From positions 5,134 to 69,133 of the forward strand of contig JAVEWF010000001.1 of the NCBI GenBank assembly GCA_034004665.1: a stretch of DNA of 64,000 bases, read 5' to 3'. The notes beneath the pieces were generated by a model. The model was given only the letters and a program-made list of their open reading frames with translations. It had not been told where the DNA came from and ran no database searches. Shown one piece after another: positions 19,817 to 32,578 of the stretch; the stretch's first letter is position 1, and each line of letters opens with the position of its first letter. Origin of the DNA: Rhodocyclaceae bacterium. Lineage in GTDB: Bacteria; Pseudomonadota; Gammaproteobacteria; Burkholderiales; Rhodocyclaceae. Both the position numbers and the translations under genes were made by a program.

Positions 19817-22321
19817 ATGACCGATATCGAGACTATCCCGTCACCGATCCGCATCCTCCACATCGAGGACAACGCGCTGTATCGTCAGCTCGTCCGTGAA
19901 ACGCTGACCGGGTCGGACATCACCTTCGACCTGACCGCAGTCGGCGACCAAGCCGGGCTGGAGCAGGAACTGGCGACCCGGGAATGGGACTGCATCCTCT
20001 CCGACATGCATATCGGCGAGTTTTCAGGCATCGAGGTGTTGAAATTCGTCCATGAACGGTATCCCCTCCTGCCGGTGGTCATCCTCACCGGGACGGGAAC
20101 GGAAGAGCTGGCCGTCCAGGCAATGAAGCTCGGTGCCGCCGACTACATCCTCAAGACGGCCCACCACATCGCCCGGTTGCCCCTGGCACTGCAATCCGTC
20201 GTCAAGGCGGCCCGGGACGCGGCACTCGCCCATCGGGCGCAGGTCGACCTGCAACTGGCCGCGACGGTCTTTCACGCCAGCGGCGAGGGAATCATCATCA
20301 CCGATGCCGCACGGCGCATCGTTCTGGTCAACCCGTTCTTCGAACAGGTCACCGGCTACACCGCCCGCGAAGCACTCGGCCAGGATCCCCGCCTGCTCCG
20401 TTCGGATGCCCACGACGCAGCTTATTTCCGGTCGATGTGGGAAGCCATCGAAAGCAGCGGCTTCTGGCAGGGCGAACTCATCAGCCGGCGCAAGGATGGC
20501 AGCACCTTCTCGTCGATGATGACCATCTCGGTGGTCCGCAACCCGGCCGGGGAGATCACGCACTATGTCGGTCTCTTTTCCGACATGACCGCCCGCAAGG
20601 AGCTCGACGACCGACTCAGGCGACTCACCTGGTACGACGCCCTGACGGGACTGCCCAACCGGACCCTGCTCAACGACCGCCTCGACCAGGCCCTCGGCAA
20701 CGCCCGCCGCTACGGCCGCTCGGTCGCCGTGCTGGTCACCGACCTGGCCCGCTTCCGGACCATCAACGATACGCTCGGCCACGATGCCGGCAACGCCATC
20801 CTCATCGAAATGGCCCATCGCCTGAATACATTGGGACGCCCCGGCGACACCATGGCCCGCATCGGTGCGGACGAATTCGCCGTCGTGCTGGCGAATCTCG
20901 AGAAGGATGCGGACGTGATCGCCCTGGCCAACCGCCTGATCGAAACGGTCACCGTACCGATCGAAGTGGCCGGCCAGCGGCTCTCCGTCTCCGCGAACAT
21001 CGGCATCGGCCTCTATCCCAAGGACGGCGATCATCCCGAAGACCTCATGAAGGCGGCCGACATCGCGCTCGAACGCGCCCGCCTGGCGGGCATCGACACC
21101 TTCCGCTTCTTCAAGACCGAGATGGATCTCGATGCCGAGCGCCGCCTGCGCCTCGAATCCGATTTGCACGGGGCGATCGAGCGCGGCGAACTGCAGCTGC
21201 ACTACCAGCCGCAGGTCAATCTCTCGAATGGCCGCATCTGCGGCTGCGAAGCCCTGCTGCGCTGGCGACATCCGGAATTCGGCCCCGTGTCTCCGGCCGA
21301 ATTCATACCGCTGGCCGAAGAAATCCGCCTGATCCAGAGCATCGGCAGCTGGGTGCTCGACACGGCCTGCAAACAGAACAAGGCCTGGCGCGATGCCGGC
21401 CTGCTGATGCAGCCGGTGGCGGTGAACATTTCCGCCCGCCAGTTCCACTGGTCGGGTTTCTTCGAGTCGGTCGCCAACGCCCTCTCGGACAGCGGCCTGC
21501 CGGCCAGCGCACTGGAACTGGAACTGACCGAAGGTACCTTCATCCACAATGACGGCGAGGCCGCCAGCATCCTGGAACAGCTCAAGTCGCTGGGCGTCCA
21601 GCTCGTCCTCGACGACTTCGGTACGGGCTACTCGTCGATTTCGCACCTGTCGGGCTTCCCTTTCGACAAGCTGAAGATCGACCAGAGCTTCGTGCATGGC
21701 ATCACCGAAAGGCCGGTCAATGCGGCGATCGCCACGGCCACCATCGCCATGGGGCGCGGCCTCGACCTCGTCGTGCTCGCCGAAGGCGTGGAAACCGAAT
21801 CGCAGATGCAGTTCCTGCGGACCCGGGGCTGCGAAGCGATGCAGGGCTGGCTGTTCAGCAAGGCGCTGCCGGCCGACGAAATCACCGCCCTGCTGCAGGC
21901 CGGTACCACCCTGAAAGTCGGCGCCGGCGAGACGGTGCAGGAAACCCTGCTGATCGTCGATGACGAGGCAGGGATCCTCAGCGCACTCAAGCGCTTGCTG
22001 CGTCGGGACGGTTATCACATCCTCACGGCCGAAAGCCCGGCGCTGGCCTTCGACCTGCTGGCGCAGCACCCGGTGCAGGTCATCGTGTCCGACCAGCGCA
22101 TGCCCGAAATGAGCGGCACCGAATTCCTGTCGCGCGTCAAGCAGCTCTACCCCGAGACCGTCCGCATCGTATTGTCCGGCTACACCGACCTGCAGAGCGT
22201 GACCGACGCCATCAACCGCGGCGCCATCTACCGCTTCCTGACCAAGCCCTGGGACGACGAGGCGCTGCGCGTCCAGATCCGCGAAGCCTTCCGTGTCGCC
22301 CGCGGCCTCAAGCAAGGCTGA
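19817..22321 (+). CDS. REC-PAS-GGDEF-EAL-REC c-di-GMP enzyme
   Basis: ILHIED REC; PAS/PAC; DALTGLPNR, RIGADEF; CEALLRW, LDDFGTGYSS, AEGVET; C-terminal REC (LIVDDE, SDQRMP, KPW). Confidence 0.92.
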   Translation: MTDIETIPSPIRILHIEDNALYRQLVRETLTGSDITFDLTAVGDQAGLEQELATREWDCILSDMHIGEFSGIEVLKFVHERYPLLPVVILTGTGTEELAVQAMKLGAADYILKTAHHIARLPLALQSVVKAARDAALAHRAQVDLQLAATVFHASGEGIIITDAARRIVLVNPFFEQVTGYTAREALGQDPRLLRSDAHDAAYFRSMWEAIESSGFWQGELISRRKDGSTFSSMMTISVVRNPAGEITHYVGLFSDMTARKELDDRLRRLTWYDALTGLPNRTLLNDRLDQALGNARRYGRSVAVLVTDLARFRTINDTLGHDAGNAILIEMAHRLNTLGRPGDTMARIGADEFAVVLANLEKDADVIALANRLIETVTVPIEVAGQRLSVSANIGIGLYPKDGDHPEDLMKAADIALERARLAGIDTFRFFKTEMDLDAERRLRLESDLHGAIERGELQLHYQPQVNLSNGRICGCEALLRWRHPEFGPVSPAEFIPLAEEIRLIQSIGSWVLDTACKQNKAWRDAGLLMQPVAVNISARQFHWSGFFESVANALSDSGLPASALELELTEGTFIHNDGEAASILEQLKSLGVQLVLDDFGTGYSSISHLSGFPFDKLKIDQSFVHGITERPVNAAIATATIAMGRGLDLVVLAEGVETESQMQFLRTRGCEAMQGWLFSKALPADEITALLQAGTTLKVGAGETVQETLLIVDDEAGILSALKRLLRRDGYHILTAESPALAFDLLAQHPVQVIVSDQRMPEMSGTEFLSRVKQLYPETVRIVLSGYTDLQSVTDAINRGAIYRFLTKPWDDEALRVQIREAFRVARGLKQG
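21914..21937 (+). repeat. 24-bp motif copy, in EAL-REC linker
   Basis: aaagtcgg-cgccggcga-gacggtg; encodes KVGAGETV. Confidence 0.8.
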
Positions 22322-22334
22322 GCGACGAACGACG

Positions 22335-23216
22335 ATGACCGACAAGATCGACGCGGAAGAGCTCAGGCGGCGGTTGCATGCCGACCTGCCGGTCCTGAGT
22401 CCGAACACGCGGCAGATACTCGATGACTGCGAAAACCCGGGCATCGATCTCGAGACGCTCGCGGCCACCCTTGGCGGTTCCCCGGCCATCGCCGCCCGGC
22501 TGCTCGGTCTCGCCAATGCCCCCTACTACGGCATGGGCGAGCAGGTGTATTCATTGCGCCGGGCCATCCAGCGGCTGGGGCTGGTCACGGTGCGCGGCAT
22601 TTCCGTCGGGCTGATCTTCTCCGGCGAGTTCGACTGCCGCCGCTGCCGCCATTTCCTCGCCGACCGCTTCTGGATGTCCGCCGTCCTGACCGCGCATCTG
22701 GCGAACCAGTTCGCACGGGACATCCCTGCGGATCACCCCATGCCGCACGACGCCCTCTACATGGCCGGACTGCTTCACAACATCGGCCTGCTCGCCATGG
22801 CCAACCGGTTTCCGCAGCCGATGGCGGAAGTTTTCGCCGCCTGCGACGAGCCATCGCCCAAACCGCCGTTGAGCGCGCTGTTGCAGGCACGCTTCGGCTT
22901 CGATCATCATCAGGCCGGGGAATGGCTGGGCGCGGCATGGCAGTTGCCTGACGCCTTGCGCCACGTTCTGCGGCATCATGCCGACACCGCCTACACCGGT
23001 GCGCACTGGCCGCTGGTCCTGCTCACCGGACTCGGCGCCCGCCTTGCTCATGCGATGGTCTGGCAGGAGTGCGCAGACGGGCTGGCGGCGGAACGCGAGC
23101 GCCCCGTGCTGCAGCGGCTCGGACTCGATCAGGCCGTGATCGACACCAGTCTCGATGCGGTGCGCGACCTGACGGACATGCTGCGTACCACGGCGGAAAC
23201 ATTCCTGCGACGATAG
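22335..23216 (+). CDS. HDOD domain protein
   Basis: LPVLS, ARLLGLANAPYYG, AGLLHNIG, FGFDH, WQLP. Confidence 0.87.
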   Translation: MTDKIDAEELRRRLHADLPVLSPNTRQILDDCENPGIDLETLAATLGGSPAIAARLLGLANAPYYGMGEQVYSLRRAIQRLGLVTVRGISVGLIFSGEFDCRRCRHFLADRFWMSAVLTAHLANQFARDIPADHPMPHDALYMAGLLHNIGLLAMANRFPQPMAEVFAACDEPSPKPPLSALLQARFGFDHHQAGEWLGAAWQLPDALRHVLRHHADTAYTGAHWPLVLLTGLGARLAHAMVWQECADGLAAERERPVLQRLGLDQAVIDTSLDAVRDLTDMLRTTAETFLRR

Positions 23217-23224
23217 GGCGAACG

Positions 23225-24787
23225 ATGGCAAGCGAAACTCCCCAGGCGGGCACGACGGACAAACCGACCCTGCTGCTCGTCGATGACGAGACCGGCATCC
23301 TGACAGCCCTGCAGCGCCTGTTCCGGCCACACGGCTATCGCATCTTCACCGCCGAAAGCGGTCCTGCCGGCCTGGCGATCCTCGAAAAGGAAAAGGTGGA
23401 TGTCGTGGTTTCCGACATGCGCATGCCGGGCATGGACGGAGCGCAATTCCTCGAGCAGGTGTTTTCGCGCTGGCCGGAGACGAAGCGCATCCTGCTGACC
23501 GGCTATTCAGATGCCGGCGCCACCATCGCCGCGATCAACCAGGGCAAGATCTGGCGTTACGTTTCGAAGCCATGGAACGACGACGAAATCCTCGTCACCG
23601 TCGGCCAGGCGCTGGCACACCGCCAGCTCCTGCACGAAAACGCCCGGCTGACCCGATTGACGCAACAGCAGAACGAGGAGCTGAGGGAACTCAATGCAAA
23701 TCTAGAGCAGAAGGTGGCGGAGCGCACTGCCGAGCTCGCTGCAGCGCTCAAATCGCTCGAAGAGGCCAACCTGCAGTTGCGCCAGGGCTTCCTCAACACG
23801 GTGCAGCTGTTCTCCAACCTGATCGAAATCCGCGGCGGCAAGCTCGCGGGGCATTCCCGCCGCGTCGCCGACCTCGCCCGCCGGCTGGCCGAGCACATGA
23901 GCCTGACCGACGCCGACCTCCAGGACGTCTTCCTCGCCTCCCTGCTGCACGACATCGGCAAGCTGGGGCTGCCCGACAACCTGCTCAACGCCGCCTTCAA
24001 CGCCCTGCCGCCCCAGAGCCGCAGCGAAGTCATGCACCATCCGGCGAAAGGACAGCAGTTGCTCATGGCGGTGGAACAGCTGGCGAATGCGGCACGCCTC
24101 ATCCGTCATCACCACGAGTGCTACGACGGCAGCGGTTACCCGGATCGGCTCAAGGGCCTCGCGGTACCGCTGGGTTCGCGCATTCTCGCCGTTGCCAACG
24201 ACTACGATGCACTGCAGATCGGCGTGCTCACGCTGCACGCCCATTCCCCGCTGGAAGCACAGCAGTACCTCCTCAAGGAGCGCGGCCGGCGTTACGACCC
24301 GCAGGTCATCGATGCCTTCTTCGCCATGCTGTCCGACGAGGCGGCCAGGCACCCGAAGGAACTGACGCTGCGGCCGGCCGAATTGCGCCCGGGCATGGTG
24401 CTGTCGCGCGACCTGCTGCACGCGGAAGGCTACACGCTGCTGCCGCGCGGCCGTGCCATGAATGCCGAAAGCATCGCCCAGCTGCAGCGCATGGAAGCCG
24501 ATGAGAAGACCACGATGACGCTGCACATCCGCAACGATGCGGCGCCCAACGTATTGCGCGACCCGCAGAACGAAATACAGCGACAGGGTTGGCGCGAAGT
24601 GCAGATCGGTTCCGAACAGCTCAAGTCAGGAATGACGCTGGCCCGCAGCATCGTGGACAAGAACGACGGCTACCTGCTGCTGGTGCGCGGTACCCGGCTC
24701 GACGAAGTGCTGATCAAGCAGATCCGGGAGTATGAGCGCGTGAACGACCTGTCCCTCTCCCTCTTCATCCGGGTCGACGACCGCTGA
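23225..24787 (+). CDS. REC + HD-GYP phosphodiesterase with duplicated C-terminal domain
   Basis: LLVDDE, SDMRMP, KPW; GHSRRV, LLHDIGK, HHECYDGSGYP. Confidence 0.92.
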   Translation: MASETPQAGTTDKPTLLLVDDETGILTALQRLFRPHGYRIFTAESGPAGLAILEKEKVDVVVSDMRMPGMDGAQFLEQVFSRWPETKRILLTGYSDAGATIAAINQGKIWRYVSKPWNDDEILVTVGQALAHRQLLHENARLTRLTQQQNEELRELNANLEQKVAERTAELAAALKSLEEANLQLRQGFLNTVQLFSNLIEIRGGKLAGHSRRVADLARRLAEHMSLTDADLQDVFLASLLHDIGKLGLPDNLLNAAFNALPPQSRSEVMHHPAKGQQLLMAVEQLANAARLIRHHHECYDGSGYPDRLKGLAVPLGSRILAVANDYDALQIGVLTLHAHSPLEAQQYLLKERGRRYDPQVIDAFFAMLSDEAARHPKELTLRPAELRPGMVLSRDLLHAEGYTLLPRGRAMNAESIAQLQRMEADEKTTMTLHIRNDAAPNVLRDPQNEIQRQGWREVQIGSEQLKSGMTLARSIVDKNDGYLLLVRGTRLDEVLIKQIREYERVNDLSLSLFIRVDDR

Positions 24788-24836
24788 GACGCGGCCAGCC
24801 ACCCATCACCCCACTTTTCGCCGCACACGACCGACG

Positions 24837-25919
24837 ATGCACAGCCTGCTGGAAAGACAACTGAGCCGCCACTGGGGCGGTGATCCGAATGCGCTCCCCG
24901 AGGAGTGGCGCGACTTCATCGCCGCCGTCGACGCCTACTACCGGGCGGCAGACGAAGACCTCGCCCTGCGCGAACGCTCGATGGACGCCATGCTGAAGGA
25001 GCTGACCGAGCGCAACCGATCCCTGCAGCGCGAAAAATCGGAGCAGGAGGCGCTGGTCAAGAAACTGGCGGACATGCAGACCCACCTGCTGCAATCGGAA
25101 AAGCTCGCCGCGCTCGGCCAGCTGGCCGCCGGCGTGGCCCACGAGATCAACAACCCGATCGGCTTCGTCAACTCCAATCTCGGCTCGCTGGAACATTACT
25201 TCGTCAAGCTGCATCGCATCCTCGACCATGTCGCGGCCGGCGAACCCATGATCGATGCCCTCGGGGCCGAAGGGCATGCCTTCGTCGCCGCCTTGCGGCA
25301 ACTGAAGGAGGAATCGGATTACGCCTATCTGATGGAAGACATTCCCGCCCTGCTCGCCGAATCCCGCGAAGGGGTCACCCGGGTCAGGAAGATCGTGCAG
25401 GATCTGCGCGACTTTTCCCGCGCCGACACACGCCAGGAATGGGAGATGGCCAATTTGCGCGAGGGGATCGAGTCGACCCTCAATATCGTCCATAACGAAA
25501 TCAAGTATCACGCCGACGTCGTGCTCGAATGCGGCGACCTGCCGCGTGTCGAATGCATCCCTTCGCAGCTGAACCAGGTATTCATGAACCTGCTGGTCAA
25601 TGCCGCGCATGCGATGCCGGAAGGCAAGCGGGGCACCATCACCGTGCGCTGCCACAAGGTCAATGAGGAGGCCTGGATCGAGATCGCCGATACCGGCGTG
25701 GGCATCGCCAGGGAAAACCTCCAGCGCATTTTCGACCCGTTCTTCACCACCAAGCCGATCGGCAAGGGTACCGGCCTCGGCTTGTCGCTTTCCTACGGCA
25801 TCGTCGAGAGACATCACGGCCGCATCGAGGTGCAAAGCGAACAGGGGGTGGGGACGACATTCCGCATCATCCTGCCGGTGCATCAGCATCGATCATCCGA
25901 GACAATGAAGGGCAGCTAG
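24837..25919 (+). CDS. Cytoplasmic histidine kinase
   Basis: AGVAHEINNPIGF H-box, NLLVNA, DTGVGI, FDPFFTTK, GTGLGLS; no TM segment. Confidence 0.92.
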   Translation: MHSLLERQLSRHWGGDPNALPEEWRDFIAAVDAYYRAADEDLALRERSMDAMLKELTERNRSLQREKSEQEALVKKLADMQTHLLQSEKLAALGQLAAGVAHEINNPIGFVNSNLGSLEHYFVKLHRILDHVAAGEPMIDALGAEGHAFVAALRQLKEESDYAYLMEDIPALLAESREGVTRVRKIVQDLRDFSRADTRQEWEMANLREGIESTLNIVHNEIKYHADVVLECGDLPRVECIPSQLNQVFMNLLVNAAHAMPEGKRGTITVRCHKVNEEAWIEIADTGVGIARENLQRIFDPFFTTKPIGKGTGLGLSLSYGIVERHHGRIEVQSEQGVGTTFRIILPVHQHRSSETMKGS

Positions 25920-25921
25920 GC

Positions 25922-27379
25922 ATGCAGACCTACATCTGGAACGAAAGCTTCGTCACCGGTATCGACTCGATCGACGAACAGCACAAGCGTCTGGTCGATC
26001 TCATCAATCAGCTCGGCACGATCCAGACTACCCGGCCGCAGGACCGGCAGAGCATCGATGAGGTATTCCGGCAACTCGTCGATTACGCCCATGTTCATTT
26101 CCGCGATGAAGAGCAGCTGATGCGGGATGCCGGCATCGAGAGCACCCATTTTCAGCACCACGTACACATCCACCGCGACTTCATCGCCCAGGTCAAGGTC
26201 ATCTGGCAGGCACGCAGCCTGATGAGTTCGCCGGCCGAAACGCTGCACGGCTTCCTCTCCGCGTGGCTTTCCTATCACATCCTCGGCGAGGACCAGGCCA
26301 TGGTCCGGACCATGCGCAGCCTGAAGGGGGAACTGGAGCCCGCCTACTTTTCGGAGCCCATCTATAACGAGTTCAGGACCAACGCGCTGTTGCAGACCCT
26401 GCGCAACCTCCATGGCGTCCTGTCGCGCCTCAACCATGACTTGCTGCGGGCCAACAAGTCTCTCGAAAAACAGGTCGCCGAACGCACGCATGAACTCACC
26501 GAAGCGAACACCCGGCTCGAAGCCGATCGCAGCGAACTCGAGATGCTGCTGCACAAGGTCGACGAAACCCAGAGCCAGTTGCTGCAGTCCGAAAAAATGG
26601 CCTCGATCGGACAACTGGCGGCCGGCGTTGCTCACGAGATCAACAACCCGATCGGCTTCGTCAACTCCAATCTGGGCACGCTCGGCCGCTACGTGGAGGA
26701 CATCCTGCGTCTTGCCGAAGCCGGTGCAGCGACGACCGAAGGACAGCGGATCGCGCAGGAAATCGACTTCGACTATCTGCGCAACGACTTGCGCGACCTG
26801 TTGCGCGAATCGCAGGACGGCGTCCAGCGCGTTCGCAAGATCGTCGCCGACCTCAAGGATTTCTCGCGCGTCGACCAGGCCGAATGGCAGCAGGCGGATC
26901 TGATCGAAGGACTGGAAAGCACCATCAACGTCGCCTGGCACGAGATCAAGTACAAGGCCGAAATCGTGCGGGAACTGGTATCGCTACCGCTGGTGCGCTG
27001 CGTACCGGCCCAGATCAATCAGGTACTGATGAACCTGCTCGTCAATGCCGCCCAGGCCATTCCGGAACGCGGCACCATCACGCTGCGCTGCGGTGCGGAT
27101 GACGTCTGGGCATGGGTGGAAATCGAAGATACCGGCTGTGGCATGAGCGATGAAACCCGTCGTCGCATGTTCGATCCGTTCTTCACCACCAAGCCGGTCG
27201 GGAAAGGCACGGGGCTCGGCATGTCGATCGCATGGGACATCATCAACAAGCACGGTGGCAGTTTCGACATCGACAGCACCGTCGGCAAGGGCACCCGCAT
27301 CCGTCTCTGGCTGCCGATTGCCGGACCCGCCGAGCAGGCGGCGGGTACTTCGACCGGAGGCGTGGTGCAGGCGGGGTAG
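25922..27379 (+). CDS. Hemerythrin-domain histidine kinase
   Basis: W...TGIDSIDEQH, HVHFRDEE, HVHIH and YHILGED hemerythrin ligands; then HEINNP kinase core. Confidence 0.92.
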   Translation: MQTYIWNESFVTGIDSIDEQHKRLVDLINQLGTIQTTRPQDRQSIDEVFRQLVDYAHVHFRDEEQLMRDAGIESTHFQHHVHIHRDFIAQVKVIWQARSLMSSPAETLHGFLSAWLSYHILGEDQAMVRTMRSLKGELEPAYFSEPIYNEFRTNALLQTLRNLHGVLSRLNHDLLRANKSLEKQVAERTHELTEANTRLEADRSELEMLLHKVDETQSQLLQSEKMASIGQLAAGVAHEINNPIGFVNSNLGTLGRYVEDILRLAEAGAATTEGQRIAQEIDFDYLRNDLRDLLRESQDGVQRVRKIVADLKDFSRVDQAEWQQADLIEGLESTINVAWHEIKYKAEIVRELVSLPLVRCVPAQINQVLMNLLVNAAQAIPERGTITLRCGADDVWAWVEIEDTGCGMSDETRRRMFDPFFTTKPVGKGTGLGMSIAWDIINKHGGSFDIDSTVGKGTRIRLWLPIAGPAEQAAGTSTGGVVQAG

Positions 27380-27388
27380 CCCGCGTTT

Positions 27389-28390
27389 TCAGTCCTCGCC
27401 GAAATCGAGATTGCGTGCCCGGCACATCGAGGCGAGCACCTTGTTTTCGATCTGCAGTTTGCGGCGCGCGAGCGCTTCGGCGACGATCGACCGCAGTTCG
27501 TAGTCGCTCCACGGCTTGGCGACGAAGCTGTGGATGTTCGCCAGGTCCACGGCAAAAACGATGTTGTCCATGTTGGCGGCGCCGGAAAGCATGATGCGCA
27601 TGCAGTCGGGCTGCTTTTCGGCAAAGGCTTCGAGCAGGCGGGCGCCGTCCATGTCCGGCATCTTGTAGTCGGAAATGATGCAGGCGAAATTCACGCTGCC
27701 TGCCATGCGCAGGGCATGCAGCGGCGACGTGCTGATCTGTACGCTGACCTGCGACCTGTCGAAGGTGGCCGATTGCGGATGGCCCGCCTCGGCACGCATT
27801 TCGGAGAACATGACATCCAGATGGCTGCGATGGGTCAGGTCGCGCGCCACGGCATGGCAGACGTTGATGTCGTCGTCAACCACGAGAATCTGTTCGACTT
27901 CACCGGGTTCGACGGGCAGGCTGATGCCCTGTGCCCGCAGCAGATCGGCCATGCGGCGGTTGCGCACGACGGCCTGGCGGTAGTCGACGGCCTGGCTGAC
28001 CGAGCTCTTGAGGAAGTAGCTGCTCCATGGCTTCGGGATGAACCGGTAGATGTGAGTCTCGTTGATCATGCGCACCAGCGCGTCCATGTCCGTCTGGCCG
28101 GACAGGACGATGCGGGCGCAATCGGGCTGGATCTCGTGTAGCGCCTTGAGGAAGTCGAGCCCCGTCATTTCCGGCATGCGGTAATCGACGACGACGACCT
28201 CGAACTCCTTTTCCCGGGCGCGTGCCAGCGCCTCCTGCGGGTTGGTGAACCCTTCGATCGCGTAGCGGTGGCGCCCGAGTGGCGGCGTGCCGAGTTCGCG
28301 CCGCACGGCGTTCACGATGTTCGGTTCGTCATCGAGGACAAGAATGGCGTGCGTTCGCTGCGCGACGGCGCTGTCGTTCGGAGTGGTCAT
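27389..28390 (-). CDS. Tandem REC-REC response regulator with no output domain
   Basis: VLDDE/VDYRMP/KPW and VVDDD/SDYKMP/KPW. Confidence 0.88.
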   Translation of the reverse strand: MTTPNDSAVAQRTHAILVLDDEPNIVNAVRRELGTPPLGRHRYAIEGFTNPQEALARAREKEFEVVVVDYRMPEMTGLDFLKALHEIQPDCARIVLSGQTDMDALVRMINETHIYRFIPKPWSSYFLKSSVSQAVDYRQAVVRNRRMADLLRAQGISLPVEPGEVEQILVVDDDINVCHAVARDLTHRSHLDVMFSEMRAEAGHPQSATFDRSQVSVQISTSPLHALRMAGSVNFACIISDYKMPDMDGARLLEAFAEKQPDCMRIMLSGAANMDNIVFAVDLANIHSFVAKPWSDYELRSIVAEALARRKLQIENKVLASMCRARNLDFGED

Positions 28391-28485
28391 TGCTTCCAGA
28401 CTTTCCTGAGCGTTCGAATGGCGTAACTATGCCATAGCTTGACCGCTAGAATGCGCTATCCCAGACCGAGAACAGCGTTCCTTAT

Positions 28486-30646
<2,161 letters not shown>

Positions 30647-30654
<8 letters not shown>

Positions 30655-32548
30655 CACCCTGCAGACACTCGCCGAACGACTCGGCATCGCGGCCGACTAC
30701 CATGACATCTGGGGTCACCGGCATGTCACCGCCACCTACACGCAGCAGGCGTTGCTGGCCGCCATGCACCTGCCGGAGGATCGCATCGCCGACGATCCGG
30801 CCGGCCTGCTCGCCGAGTATCCGGTGCAGGATGCGCAGCCCTTCCTGCCGCCCGACACGCCTGCCCGCTGTCACATCCCCGCAGCGATCCGCGCCGGGCG
30901 CCGCCTCTGGGGGCTGACGGTACAACTTTATTCCCTGCGCTCGCAGCGCAACTGGGGCATCGGCGACTTCACCGACCTTGCGCAACTCGTCGAACTGACG
31001 GCCGCCGCCGGCGGCGACGTAATCGGCCTCAATCCGCTGCATGCGCTGTTTCCCGACAATCCGGCACATATCAGTCCCTACAGCCCGTCGCACCGCGGTT
31101 TCCTCAACGTGCTCTACATCGACGTCGAGGCCGCCCCCGGATTCTCCGCCTGCGAGACCGCCCGCCGCCGTCTCGCCAGCGCCGACTTTCAGGCGCGCCT
31201 GCAGGCGCTGCGCGACACCGGGGTGGTCGACTACGTCGGTGTCGCCCGGGCCAAACTCGACGTCCTGCGCGCATTGTTCGACCATGCCCGCGCCAACAGC
31301 GGCACCTGCCTCGCCGGCTTCGCCCTGTGGCGTGAGGCCCGGGGCGAAACGCTCGAACGTCATGCACTGTTCGAGGCGCTGCAGTCACATTTCCGGGCGA
31401 CAGACGCAAACATCTGGGGCTGGCCGGTCTGGCCCGAGGAATATCGCGACCCGGCTTCTCCGGCCGTCGCCTCCTTCGCTGCCGAACACGCGACCGAGCT
31501 CGACTGGTACGCCTGGCTGCAATGGCTGGCGGACGAACAACTGGCCGCGGTGGCCACGCGTGCCAGGGAACTCGGCATGGCCATCGGCCTCTACCGCGAC
31601 CTGGCCGTCGGTGCCAGTCCCGGCGGTTCGGAGGTGTGGTGCTGGCAGGACGTCTTCGCCGACGGGGCGAGCACCGGTGCTCCGCCCGACGAGCTGAATC
31701 TGCTCGGCCAGGACTGGGGCCTGCCGCCCTTCGTGCCGCACCGCCTGCGCGATGTCGCCTACGCACCCTTCATCGAAGTGCTGCGAGCGAACATGCGTCA
31801 TGCCGGGGCCTTGCGCATCGACCATGTGATGGCGCTGATGCGCCTGTTTTGGGTGCCGCGCGACGTTCCGGCCACCGAAGGCGCCTACGTCGCCTATCCT
31901 TTCGATGACCTGCTCGGTCTGGTCGCCCGCGAGAGCACGCAGGCCGGCTGCCTGGTGATCGGGGAAGACCTCGGCACCGTTCCTCCCGGCTTCCGTGAAC
32001 GCCTGTTCGATGCGGGCGTGCTCTCCTACCACCCCCTGCTGTTCGAACGCTATCCGGACGGCCAGTTTCGCCTGCCCGCCGACATGCCGCCCCAGGCACT
32101 GGTGGCGGCGAGCACGCACGACCTGCCGACGCTCACCGGCCTCTGGCAAGGCGTCGACATCGAGGTACGCACGCAACTGCACCTTTTCCCCAGCGACGAA
32201 CTACGGCTGCGCCTGACGACCGAACGCACATGGGACCGCGGCCGCCTGCTATGGGCACTGGAACGGGAAAATCTGCTTCCGGAAGAAACCGGCAAGGATC
32301 CTTCCGCGCTCCCCGAGCTGCCTCCTGGGGTCATCGCCGCCATCCATGCCTACCTCGCCCGCAGCCCGGCGCAGCTGATGGTCGTCCAGCCCGAGGACAT
32401 CTTCGGCGTCGCCGAGCAGATCAACGTGCCCGGCACGCTGGAGCACCAGCACCCGAACTGGCAACGCAAACTGCCGTTGCCGCTCGAAGACTGGGCTGCG
32501 GACGAACGTTTCCAGGGAACCATCGCCGCCCTCAAGGCTGGCCGATAA
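30647..32548 (+). CDS. malQ: 4-alpha-glucanotransferase (amylomaltase)
   Basis: WGIGDF, SPYSPS, YRDLAVG, LRIDH, GEDLG, STHD, INVPG...PNW; ATG at 30647. Confidence 0.93.
31166..31189 (-). repeat. 24-bp motif copy, in malQ
   Basis: Plus strand reads cgccgtc-tcgccagcg-ccgacttt; encodes RRLASADF. Confidence 0.85.
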
Positions 32549-32570
32549 AGTCGGCGACGGCAGGACGGCG
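32547..32570 (+). repeat. 24-bp motif copy between convergent malQ and exonuclease genes
   Basis: aaagtcgg-cgacggcag-gacggcg. Confidence 0.85.
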
Positions 32571-32578
32571 CCGCAGGA

